Below are positions 9,600 through 20,515 of a DNA stretch of 64,000 nucleotides, piece by piece. This DNA comes from Chlorokybus atmophyticus (taxonomy: Eukaryota; Plantae; Mesostigma and Chlorokybus algae). The stretch covers positions 988,091-1,052,090 of the forward strand of contig RHPI01001737.1 of NCBI GenBank assembly GCA_009103225.1, given 5' to 3'. A program made the translations under genes and the position numbers. The notes below the pieces were generated by a model. That model saw only the letters and a list, made by a program, of their open reading frames with translations. It was not told the DNA's origin and made no database searches. Numbering within the stretch: the stretch's first letter is position 1; every line of letters begins with the position of its first letter.

Positions 9600-12000
9600 A
9601 GTACATGTGTAACGAGGCAGTACAGTGAACGTTCACCTGATACTTGCCCTCTTCTACACATGAACTGTCATTGTCAAACATGGGGAGCAGCTGGACAATG
9701 CCTTTTACTTGCTCCATAGTCACGACATCAAGATTTGGACCCCCTCGACACTTTTCCCATTCCAGAGCGATACACTTTGTGTGGCTTGTTACATCTTGCT
9801 TCGTGTCCAGCGGACATACACGATCTCCTTCTACACGCGCTCACCGCTACCACCCCACATCATCACGCGCAAAAATCTGAGTGCCTGAGCCCACTACATC
9901 ACGTTCACCCCGTCCTCATCACCTTCCAACTCAAGTAAAGAGAACCAAGGCCGCCCGTGGAACATCTTATTTGCGCGCGCCATGCTGACTCCTGATGTCA
10001 TGTACACCGCTGCGCCTCCTTTCATGTTACGGCAGCAAGCGAGCTGGGCGTAATACATAAGAACAGAAATAGCCATAATTACCACCATGGTCTTTTATGG
10101 CTAAGATGGCCGGACCCTTGTCGTAACAATTGGTATCGGGGCTGACAACCTAAAGGTCGTGGGCTCGACTCCCAAGGGGGATAGAGCGGCGATTTTTCGG
10201 TTGGCAAAGATCCGGGGATGGATGAACCCGCGGCCTTGGGCAAGCCGCAGGTAGGAAAGACCCGCGACCTTGAGCAAGTCGCGGTTAGGGGACGGCAAGA
10301 ACGCGACGCGGCATGGCCGGTCGCTAGAACGTTCGCCAGCGTGCGAGCGAGAATGTTTGCCAGCGTGCGAACAAGAACGAGATCGAGGATCTCAAGAACG
10401 ACAACGCGGGCTGGGCAAGTCGCGTCGAGTCGCGCAAGAGGCGCCGGCCGAGAGAAGCGTTGGTCGAGACAGCTCGGTCGCCCGCGGGGCGGAGGGCTGA
10501 GAATCCCTATAAGGATACGCACGAGGGCGTGCTAGGTTCTAATGGGGAGGTGTGTTACGGCAGCAAGCGAGCTGGGCGTAATACATAAGAACAGAAATAG
10601 CCATAATTACCACCATGGTCTTTTATGGCTAAGATGGCCGGACCCTTGTCGTAACATTTCACCACGCGAACATCACGCCGCCCGTCGGCCAACTGCAGTT
10701 GTTCACTCCTCAACCAACTGTCCAGCGTGGCAGGCAGCTTGTCGGCAAATGGAGTCTTCAGGGCGACTTGGCGGCTACGCGCAGAACCGCTCCAGTACGG
10801 GCTGGACTCCCTCAATGTCAGCACATCCATCCGTAGCAACTTGTCCGTCTTTTCCATCACATTACAGCACTGCTGCCGCGCATGCACCATAACCGAGCAC
10901 AGCTCAGGATCCACGATCATGCCATCCTCTCTCACATCATCCGCATAGCTCCATGCCTTCAGGATGCGCGCCTGGTAGTCCCGGTTGTTGCCACCACGAG
11001 CCCACTGTTTGATATTTTGGGCGTGCGTTTGCTCCATGCGGTTGGTGCTAAACAACTCTGGGTGTCCATTGCGACAATTGCCGACCCAAAATGAGTGAGC
11101 TGATGCACCTTCTCGATCTTCCAACCCATTTCGGTGCAGAATATAACGACGGTAGCATATTCAACACTGCAGATTTGAAGGCAGCCAGCTCGTTGTAGGT
11201 TGTGGTCAAGGTCTCTCTTGTGTGTTCATGCGCCTTGAGCAACTTGTTCCATTGGGCAAGCAATGCGGCAGCAACGGTGAAAAAATTGTTGACCTCACTG
11301 TCGAGCAGCAAACCGTCTGCAAGGACCGGCAGCAGCTGCAGCGCCACTTTCTCCACCACCTAAAAGGAGTGGTCGGAAAGGAAGAAGTCCACTGTGCTGT
11401 GGGTGCCTTTAAGTGCGAAACCCGTACAATCGCCTTGCATGCATTCAGCCTGTGCACATCTGATTGTGAGCACGTGTCGTTGGCTTTTGAGCTCAACACA
11501 AAAGCAACACCAAAGACTTGCCTGGCCTGCAAAATTTGTCTCGTGGATGGACGCATGCGTTCCTTTGCGGCGTCGTACACAGCAGCAGGTGGTCAACGAT
11601 GCCTCCCAGCACATGCATTGCGTAAGGGGCAAGGCGAGAGTAGCAGTCAGCTCCCGGCACCCGCGATTGTCGCCAACCCCACAATGCATTTTGTTGCCAA
11701 ACCACATTGCCTGGTTACACGGAACGCCATTCATCTTCACGAATGCCGGTAATTTGACCAGTACCTCAATGGTCAAATTACCTCGACATGCATGGAGTGC
11801 TGCTCGTTGAAAGCCTTGGCTGTCTTGCATGCATTCCTAACACCGCAGTTGTCGTATTGCTAGTGTGTAGAAAGCCTCAGTACTCAATTCCATGTCCTCA
11901 TCCATCCTTAACAGATGTGATCTGGTGACGAGACAAACATCGCAAGGATGTCGTGTTTGGTTGCCCGACACAGTGCGTGCGAGTGTGGCAGTCTCCTGCA
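9600..12000 (-). pseudogene. Plavaka / CMC(EnSpm)-like DNA transposase remnant, interrupted by a TRIM
   Basis: In order across frames: AALHAC..., VGDNRGCRELT..CMC, FSTNRMEQTHAQNIKQWARGGNNRDYQARIL, ANKMFHGRPWFSLL, IVYVRW, VQLLPMF...YQVN. The frame VRVVK-GGAAVY rejoins when the TRIM is removed. Multiple stops and frameshifts. Confidence 0.6.
10025..10656 (+). mobile_element. TRIM (terminal-repeat retrotransposon in miniature), 632 bp
   Basis: Identical 104-bp LTRs (10025-10128, 10553-10656; TG...CA); 5-bp TSD TTTCA (10020-10024, 10657-10661); PBS TGGTATCGGGGC (tRNA-iMet-like); PPT ggggagg; no coding capacity. Confidence 0.95.
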
Positions 12001-12699
12001 TTACGACAAACTCAGATGCTCCTTACAACATCCTCTTCACATATCCTCTTCACAGGTCAATGCGTCTCGTCATCAGCTACAATACAAGCTAACACTTGTC
12101 TAGATTGACCGCCGTTTAACACTACAAGTGGTCATCGTTCAAAATTGCTTCGGCTGAAGAGATGTTTGACAGGATCAAAATGGCAGTGACCATCAAGTGG
12201 CATTGGGTAGAACTGCGCGAGTAGTGGAAATGGTGGTTATATTATGGCGGCAAGTGTTTGGGGTATGGGGTCCGCCCCGACCTCGTACTGCTACAAAAAC
12301 GTGTGCGTGTTAACCGCTAAGTGTCGCCAATTTTGTGCTCAAAAGCCCGTATTTGGACTCGCCGTTACAAATTGCATTGCCGCCGAGATGCCTTCGGGAA
12401 ATTTTTAAGCATCTTTGCAATGTTCGGCATATTTATGCCTATTTGTGGCAATGGCGTTTGTCAACGTCTATACACCATAAGGTTAATAGTTTATACAACC
12501 GATTAATAGTCCCGGCGTTGTGTTCGGTATAGGTGAATCTTAATGTTAAGATGTTTCAGGCTATCAATATTATTTCAACAAGTATAACAATTGCATTATC
12601 CACTCAAAACATTTGGACGTAACGTTACGATTCGATTTACTACTTTAATAAGCGTGTTACGTGCCCATTTCATATGGGCCATATGAAACAATATACCGC

Positions 12700-13100
12700 T
12701 AAATGTGCACCATGATGTGCTCCTTTTTTACAGTTTATATTACATAAACATTACATATCTAAGTCACAATGTCATGTATATTGATATAGTATATATTATA
12801 TATACACATTATATATATCATATACATCAAATTTATACTTATAATATGTCCAAAATAAGATATTTATACATATACATATATTCATACATATATATATACA
12901 TATAATATGTGTTATAGTGTATGTCTCTTATAAGCCATGCGTTATAATTTATTATATAGATACATGCATTATATGTACATGATATAGTTTATGTAATACC
13001 TATATATGCATATATTTTAGATTATGATATATACACACTTATAAGCATATAATATAGATATTCATATAGTATCAACAGGGCTGCAAATAAGGATCTTATT
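12700..13100. repeat. AT-rich (TA-type) low-complexity patch
   Basis: Runs of tatata/catata, in strong contrast with flanking GC content. Confidence 0.8.
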
Positions 13101-15612
13101 ATATAGCCAACTTGGCTTTTTGCCAACCAAACGTGATTTACATGATGCCAATGTGTGGCTACTTTCTCATAGTAGTAATTACCATCATGCCAGATGTGGC
13201 TATGATAAACACGCCGATTAGCCACTAGACGCCAGCCGCCGACGCTACCGACTGTCGGCGCCGGCGACTTTAGCTGCAAATCGAGCTCCTTCGACGATAT
13301 TCAGTAAGCTTAGCTTGATATCGGTCGTTTAGGGTCCAAGTCAGGCCCTTTAGGGTCTGAGTTGGACCTAAAATGGCCAGATACCACACTGTCTCGCGCG
13401 TATCCTCGTGGTTAAGTGGCGTTTTGCGCGCCGTTTTGCATTTTGCGCGTCAAGCCACGGAGTGCCATGACGCGTGATGTAGTGGCTGTTTATGTGGCTG
13501 CGACTCGAGCTTTATGCAATTGCAAAAAACCCCACATTTCACCCAAATGAATTTACAAATGGCCACATTGGCTACTAACGGCCACAATTTACAGCGCTGA
13601 ATATAAGTGTACATAAGCATTTATTATATGTACGCATATCATACATTCAAAAATTGCATGTAGAAATAATCAAATATACATTATGTTAACATATACAAAT
13701 GTTTCATTGTACATATATGTGTGATATATTTGTGGTACAGGACATTATTGTACATGTTATTTGCATATATCTTAAGCAGTTGCATGACGTGGGGAAGTGC
13801 TTTGGACGGTCGAGGTCTGTTCCATACAGATCGAACGGCGTATAGCTGATAGTCGCCGCCCAGTCAATGAGAGGTAGGCAAGCCGCGCATACCGCGCAGC
13901 CTGGCAGTCGCGGGTGCCGTATGTGATGGCCTGGGGGGATGCGCGTGCCCTGATGCCGGCCGGCCCAATCAGCCGCATCCATTTGTTCGCCTGTGTTGAC
14001 CATGTTTGATGATGCAGTGACTACAGCGTGTAATCAGTTAGCGTTAAATGATAGAGAGGATTAGTTAGAACGAGGGTGAGTGGTGGCGGCATGTCTTTGG
14101 GGTAGAGGGCCTGCCCCGACCTCCTACCGCAAAAAACGCGGCCGTTTAACCACTAAATGTGCTGCAATTGCACTGAATCGCTAGCGATTTTGGGTTGCCG
14201 TTGGTGTAACGAGAGCAATAATAATAGGGGTATTATTGCTACTTAAATAACACATTTTATATGAATAAGTATCAAAATATGCTTATTTATACCTCTTTTC
14301 TACGGTTCCTCGCTTATTAAAGGCTATGATGCTTTATCATAGCTTCAATAAGTCCCAATGGGTGTAGAACCGCTTATTCAAGCCTATTTAGTGTCACATT
14401 TAATATAATGTGATCACTATCTCGTTAGGTACCTTACGATAGGTATCCTTTGCATAGGTACCTTATCGATATGTACCTTATCTGAGCTGTGATTGGCTCA
14501 CGCTAGATTTCCTAACTACCCTATCTGTAGGGTCGATGTCTAGTTGTGAGTTAATCATCGAGAGGTATATAGTTGATATACTCTTGATATAAAAGGTCAC
14601 ATCAATCTGATGTGGGGACTTTCAGTTCTCTGCTCAGTGGCGGCCACGCCGTTAAAAGGCTTGTCTTAGGCGGTGTGGGTGTTGGGGTAGAGGATTGAAG
14701 GGGCATCACCGGCGACGGTGGTGCTGTTACATTGGTATCCAAGAGCTGGGGGGTGACGTGGTTACTTATAGGGGGCGGCGACCTGCTTTCGGCCAATCAG
14801 AAGGCGTTGGCGGCGGCCTCCTATTCGTCCACGCAGCCCAAGCTTCAAGTTCGCTTCCCTGCGCTACCTCCACGTTGAAGCCACCTGACAAAGAGGCGGC
14901 CTCTCCACGTGTGAGATACCATCACACACGTCGGTGACTTGCCTGCTTGCCTGCTTGTCAACTGCTTGCCAGGTGCTTGCCAGGTGCACGTGTGTACATT
15001 CATGCACATCACACAGTGGCTTGCCAGTGCACTATCATTGCTTGCAGTGATTGCCTGTCATTACATGCGGTGATTTCGGCTTGCTAGTGTGCCATCACTG
15101 TTTGTCACTTAGTGCACTATCATTGCATGCGGTGATTGCTTGTCATTGTGCTTGCCAGTGCATGTCGCAGTTAGTCACCGTACGGCTTGCCTGTTGCATG
15201 CCGTGACCCGCTCGCGGCTTTGCCGGGTCGTTTGACGTGGGTCCGTAAGTTTCAAACCAAACTGTTCCCAAACCCTCCCCCTCTGGCTTCGGCCTTAAGA
15301 TCGGAACTTGGTTAGGACAGTTGTGGGGAGGTTCTAGGACAATCCGTCCTCAAACCCTGTTAGTCTGAAACCCTCCCCCTCTGGCTTCGGCCTGGAGATT
15401 GGGACTTGGTTGAGGACAACACAGGGTTAGGACATTCTGGTCCCACTCAGATTTGTTCTGTTTGGTGACACTCCAGATCCAACCTTTCCTATTTTGGGAC
15501 TGGTTTGGACTTTGTTTGAGACTTTTACAACTTGGGGTCATTTTGATCCTCTCGTTGAACCTGGTCCATTGGTGAGGTTCTCACCATCCCATTCTGCCTG
15601 TTTTGCAGACAA

Positions 15613-16789
15613 ATGGAAGAAAACTCGGTGCCCACCTCAAAAGGGGAGAGCTCGGAAAAAGAGCAACCTTCCCGTGAGGAGGATTTTCCATCCATGGAAG
15701 ATATTCCGAATCCGGATGATGCACCTGATGAGTCTCAAGCTGCCAAAGCTGCGGAAGCTTCAGTGGATGATAGATCACCTTCTATATTCCCTAAGTTTTC
15801 CATTCGCATGACACAGCAGGACTTGATGGAGCATTTCCTTGGCACCTATGATCAGGACCCTCGTGAGGCGATTGTCTCATTCGTGAACTTTCTCTTCCCT
15901 TTGGCAGAATAAGTTTCAAAGCTCACCACCTTTATGGGGCGAGATTGGGAGGGGCAGATGGGTGAAGGCAAACGTGTTCTGAATATGATCGAGCGTCTTC
16001 AACGTGCTGACGGTGGTCCACCTGTTCAAGCACTTGCTCGTCCTGCCGAGTTTTTTCCCAACAAGCAAGCGGCCATCTTCAACTGGGCTTGTGAAGTTGC
16101 GACACTATGTCAACTCCCTTCACATTTCTTAGGAGGGGAAATTGCGTGTAGCTGAGTTGCTGATCCCAAACGATGCTCTGGCAGAGTGGTACCGCCGTAA
16201 GCAACGGGATACAAACCTCGGGCGGGAAGTAAATCAGCTGTGCTTTTTCATGGAGCAGCGCTATGGTGGCGCAGATCCTGCCCAGGTTGCTCGCAACCAG
16301 CTGCACAACCTGCGTCAGAACGGGCGTCCGGTTCAGCAGTATATCCAGGATTTTCAGTCGTTTGTCAGCAAGATCAATGCTGGCAAACTACCTATCAGTG
16401 ATGCTGATCAGCTGGATATGTTCAGGCGTGGCTTGGACACAGATCTCGTGCAGCATGTGGCCGTCAACCCCGCGAGTTTGCAAGAGTGGGCCTCGACGGA
16501 TTTACCAATGCTGATGCAGATGGTTGCTGCTGTGGACAGTGTAAAGCGCTCTCACGCCAACATGCAAACCACAGCAAAAGAGGCAGCCCCGGTTTCAGCT
16601 GCAAAGCGCCCGGCCACTGACAACAAACCTTTTGTGAAAAAGGCGAAACCATCTCATCCTGCTAGCCCCTACAACGCGGCCAAATCCATCATCACTTGCA
16701 GTTTCTGCAAGAAGACAGGTCATGGGGAGGCTAAGTGCTATGCAAAACAGAATGCACAGAAGGCCAAGCAGCAGAGAGACAAGAAATAG
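15613..16789 (+). pseudogene. gag: Gag with CCHC zinc knuckle
   Basis: RPAEFF...FNWACEV; ARNQLHNLRQNGRPVQQYIQDF; CSFCKKTGHGEAKC. In-frame stop at 15910 and a frameshift near 16140. Confidence 0.8.
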
Positions 16790-19700
16790 GAATTGTCCGT
16801 GGTTGGTAGCTTAGTCGAGCAGAACGACTTTAAAAGCTATGTACTTCTTGATAAAGTTTCCTCTCTTTGTGATGTATCAGATGTATGGACTGATATGAGC
16901 ACACCACCTGTGTTGAGAAATGCAAACGGTTGTGTTTTAATCAATGTTCCAATCTCTGAATTCGTAACCGCTGTTAAGCACTTACACGAGTTGCAATTAC
17001 AACATGCTGTCACTGCATGTGTAGTTATCCCTCGATATCATGGCCCGTGGTCGCGATTGTTGAAAGGGGGAGAAGTAATCATGCAACTCTCACGCAAAGA
17101 TACAGGAGCTTCACCGTTGCAAGTGATCTTTATAAAGTCTGCTACCAATCACGGCACTCCGACATTAGCTACATTTGATGGTCACTCAGTGCCACTCAAA
17201 TGGAGATTTGAGAGTCAACTTATGGGTACACCATGTACATCATTGATTGATACTAGTGCAAACCATAACTTTGTTGAACATGCTTGGGTGAAACGTTATA
17301 ACATTCCTTTCACACCAGTCACGTCATATGTACGTGCTGCTGGTTCCACTCTCAATGCAATGGGAGAGGTAAAAGGGCGTTTTGTATGGCCATATAACCC
17401 GACCAGCCTTCATCGTGGTGGATATTGGTATCCCCGGGGTGGATGTCCTTTTAGGGGAACAATGGCACACTAAAGCAGGTTTACAATTAAGCTCTCGAGC
17501 CAATACGTGCACCCTTCGTAAAGGGAAACGTATGATGACTTTAACAGCATCTGTACTCGCACGTATACCACGCGATAATGTTCCGCTCCTCTCTGCTATG
17601 CAATTGAAACGTTGCATGCGTAAACGTGAGGAAGTATACTTACTGCACTTACGACAGGTGGAAACACCTGCTGAACAGGCTATCAGTGACCCTGTGGTGC
17701 AGTCACTTACGGAACAATACGCAGATGTATTTCAGGATGAACTCCCAGAGTCGCCTCCCGATCGAAACATACATCATACCATTCCGTTAGAGGAGGGGGC
17801 AAAGCCACCTTGGCGGCCTATATACAGGCTAAGTCCCTTAGAACACGCGGAGATGGAAAAACGGCTCAAAGAGTTATTGGACAAAGGTTTAATAACAAAG
17901 AGCATATCTCCTTGTGGTGCACCAATTTTGTTTGTGCCCAAAAAGAATGGCAAGCTACGCATGTGTATTGATTACCGTGCGTTGAACAAGGTCACTGTGA
18001 AAAACAGATACCCTTTGCCTCGGATTGATGATTTGTTTGATAAGCTGTCAGGTGCAACAGTGTTCAGCACGCTGGATTTGACCAGTGATTATCATCAAAT
18101 TGAAATCCACCCGTCGGATATACAAAAAACTGCAATTCGCACCCCACTAGGACACTTTGAGTATAAAGTGTTACCATTTGGGTTAACAAATGCACCGGCT
18201 ACATTTCAGACAGCAATGAACGCGGTATTTGCTGATGAATTGTACAAGTTTGTACTGGTAAATCTAGACGACATTATTGTGTTCAGCAAAACCGGGGAGG
18301 ACCACCACAAACATGTGGAATTGGTTCTAGCTAAATTACGCGAACACAAGTTCCATGCCAACCTATCCAAATGCAACTTTGCAAAGGATGAACTACCCTT
18401 TTCAGGGCATGTGATTGGCAAAGAAGGATTGAAACCAGATCCTCAAAAGATGTGTGCGGTAAAGGATTGGCCACCACCCAAGGATGTACATCAGTTACAT
18501 GCTTTCTTGGGGCTAGCCAATTATTTCCGCAAGTTCATGCGAGCATATTCTGGCATGGCAAATCCTTTAACATCTTTACTAAGAAAAGATGTTAAGTTTA
18601 TGTGGACGGAGGCACACGAGGTTGCTTTTACACGCATTAAAGATGCATTAACGCAAGACCCTATGTTAGCCTTCCCCGACCACACCAAGCCTTTTGTGGT
18701 GATCAGTGATGCTTCCACCATTGGGTGTGGGGCAGTCCTTCTACAGGATGACAGACCATGTGCATATGAAAGCAGAAAGTTCATTTCTGCTTAACGTAAT
18801 TACACAACCACTGAGCAGGAATTGCTCGAGGTGGTGCACGCGCTGCGCACATGGCGTTGCTACTTGGAAGGGGTGGAGTTTTCAGTGATTACTGATCACA
18901 ACCCGCTCACATTATTTCATACGCAACAAAATCTGTCGAGGCGGCAAGCTAGGTGGAATGAATTCATTTCTCGTTTCACTTTCACTTGGCAATACCGTCC
19001 GGGTCGCACCAATGTGGCGGATCCACTAAGTCGCAGCCCTGCTCTTTTGGCACTTACGCGCTCTCGAAGTACGCGTAATGTACAACAGCCTGAAGATCCT
19101 TTCTTAAAGGAAGTGTCCGCAGGTTATAACTCAGATGATTGGTTTAGCAGTCAAACCAACTTGCAACAGCTTACTGCTGTTAGCAATCTGTGGTATAAAG
19201 GGGAGCAGTTGGCAATTCCCAACTCGGGCGACTTGCGTAAGCAATGCTTACATTCAGTGCATGACCCGCCGTATGCTGGGCATTTGGGGAAACACAAAAC
19301 ACTCAAATCTGCGCAACAGTTATACTGGTGGCCGTCAATGTCAGCTGACGTGGACCAATATGTTCGCACATGTGACGTGTGTCAACGTAATAAGCCACTA
19401 CGACAAAAACAAGCGGGATTGCTTAAACCATTGGCAATTCCAGAACAAAAGTGGGATAGTGTCAGTATGGATTTGATTACTGACCTACCTGAAACATCAG
19501 CTAAACACTGCTATTGTGGTTTTTGTCGACCGTTTGACTAAAATGGTGCACTTTGCCCCGTGTTGCACAACTGTAAGTGCACGGGACTTGGCACACTTAT
19601 TTATGTCCACGGTCTTTCGCGTTCACGGTGTACCGCGTGAACTTGTCACAGATCGTGATCCTCGGTTTGTCTCCAAGTTTTGGCGAGAAGTCTATGAATT

Positions 19701-20515
19701 GTTGGGGGTAAAACAAAGCAAGTCGACTGCTTTCCACCCGCAAACGGACGGTCAAACTGAGCGAGCAAATCAAATACTGGAAGAAATGCTTCGCCACTAT
19801 GTGGCTCCTAATCATGCTGATTGGGACAGGTACTTGCCAATGGCAGAGTCTCTGTGAACAACGCGTGGCAGGAAAGTGTAAAGAAAACCCCATTTTTCTT
19901 CAATTATGGGATTCGCCCAAGCACACCAGCGTCATTGCGTGTACCTCGCAATGCCCTGACTGTACCAGCGGCAAAGGAATTTGCCACTGATATGCAAGAA
20001 AATTTGGCTCGAGCCAAGCTGTGTCTGTCAGAAGCACAGGACAAGCAAAAAGCTTATGCTGATACACATCGAAAAATGGCCACTTTTGATGTCGGCGATA
20101 AAGTTTTGCTTAACGCAAAGAACATAACCATCAAAGGTACGGGTGCTCGCAAGTTGCTGCCCCGATGGTTAGGTCCATTCTCTATCACTGATAGAGTTGG
20201 TACGCACGCTTATCGACTGCAATTGCCCCCAAGTGTGCGTATACACAACGTGTTCCATGTGAACTTGTTGAAACCTTAGCCCGCTCAGACGGTAGAACAC
20301 AGCCTCCACCACCGCCAGTTGAGGTGGACAGCGAGCTCGAATACGAGGTGGAAGCTATATTGAACCATAAGCTAAATAGTCGAGGACGCGCAACTCGCTA
20401 TTTGGTGAAATGGAAAGGGTATGGCCCGGAACATAACAGTTCGAAGCCCGACAGGCATCTTACGCACTGCCGCAAGTTGCTTCGAGCTTATTGGGATTCA
20501 TGTGCTGTCCCATAA
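16790..20515 (+). pseudogene. pol: Pol: Dam-like remnant, protease, RT, RNase H, integrase, chromodomain
   Basis: LIDTSANHNF; KLRMCIDYRALN; LPFGLTNAPATFQ; VNLDDIIVF; ISDASTIGCGAVL; HxxH/CDVCQR zinc motif; LVTDRDPRF; GPF; [10 protein letters not shown]...YLVKWKGY. Several stops and frameshifts. Confidence 0.9.

Noticed and set aside
10138-10175. tRNA gene (also 21708-21729)
   Set aside because: Only a 3'-half-like segment is present, with no acceptor stem or D-arm, inside LTR-element internal regions; reported as a tRNA-like motif instead.
13329-13372. Telomere-like TTTAGGG motifs in an imperfect hairpin
   Set aside because: Only two isolated units, not a tandem telomeric array.
12305-14170. 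piggyBac-like TTAA-CC ends
   Set aside because: No matching terminal inverted repeats between the candidate ends.
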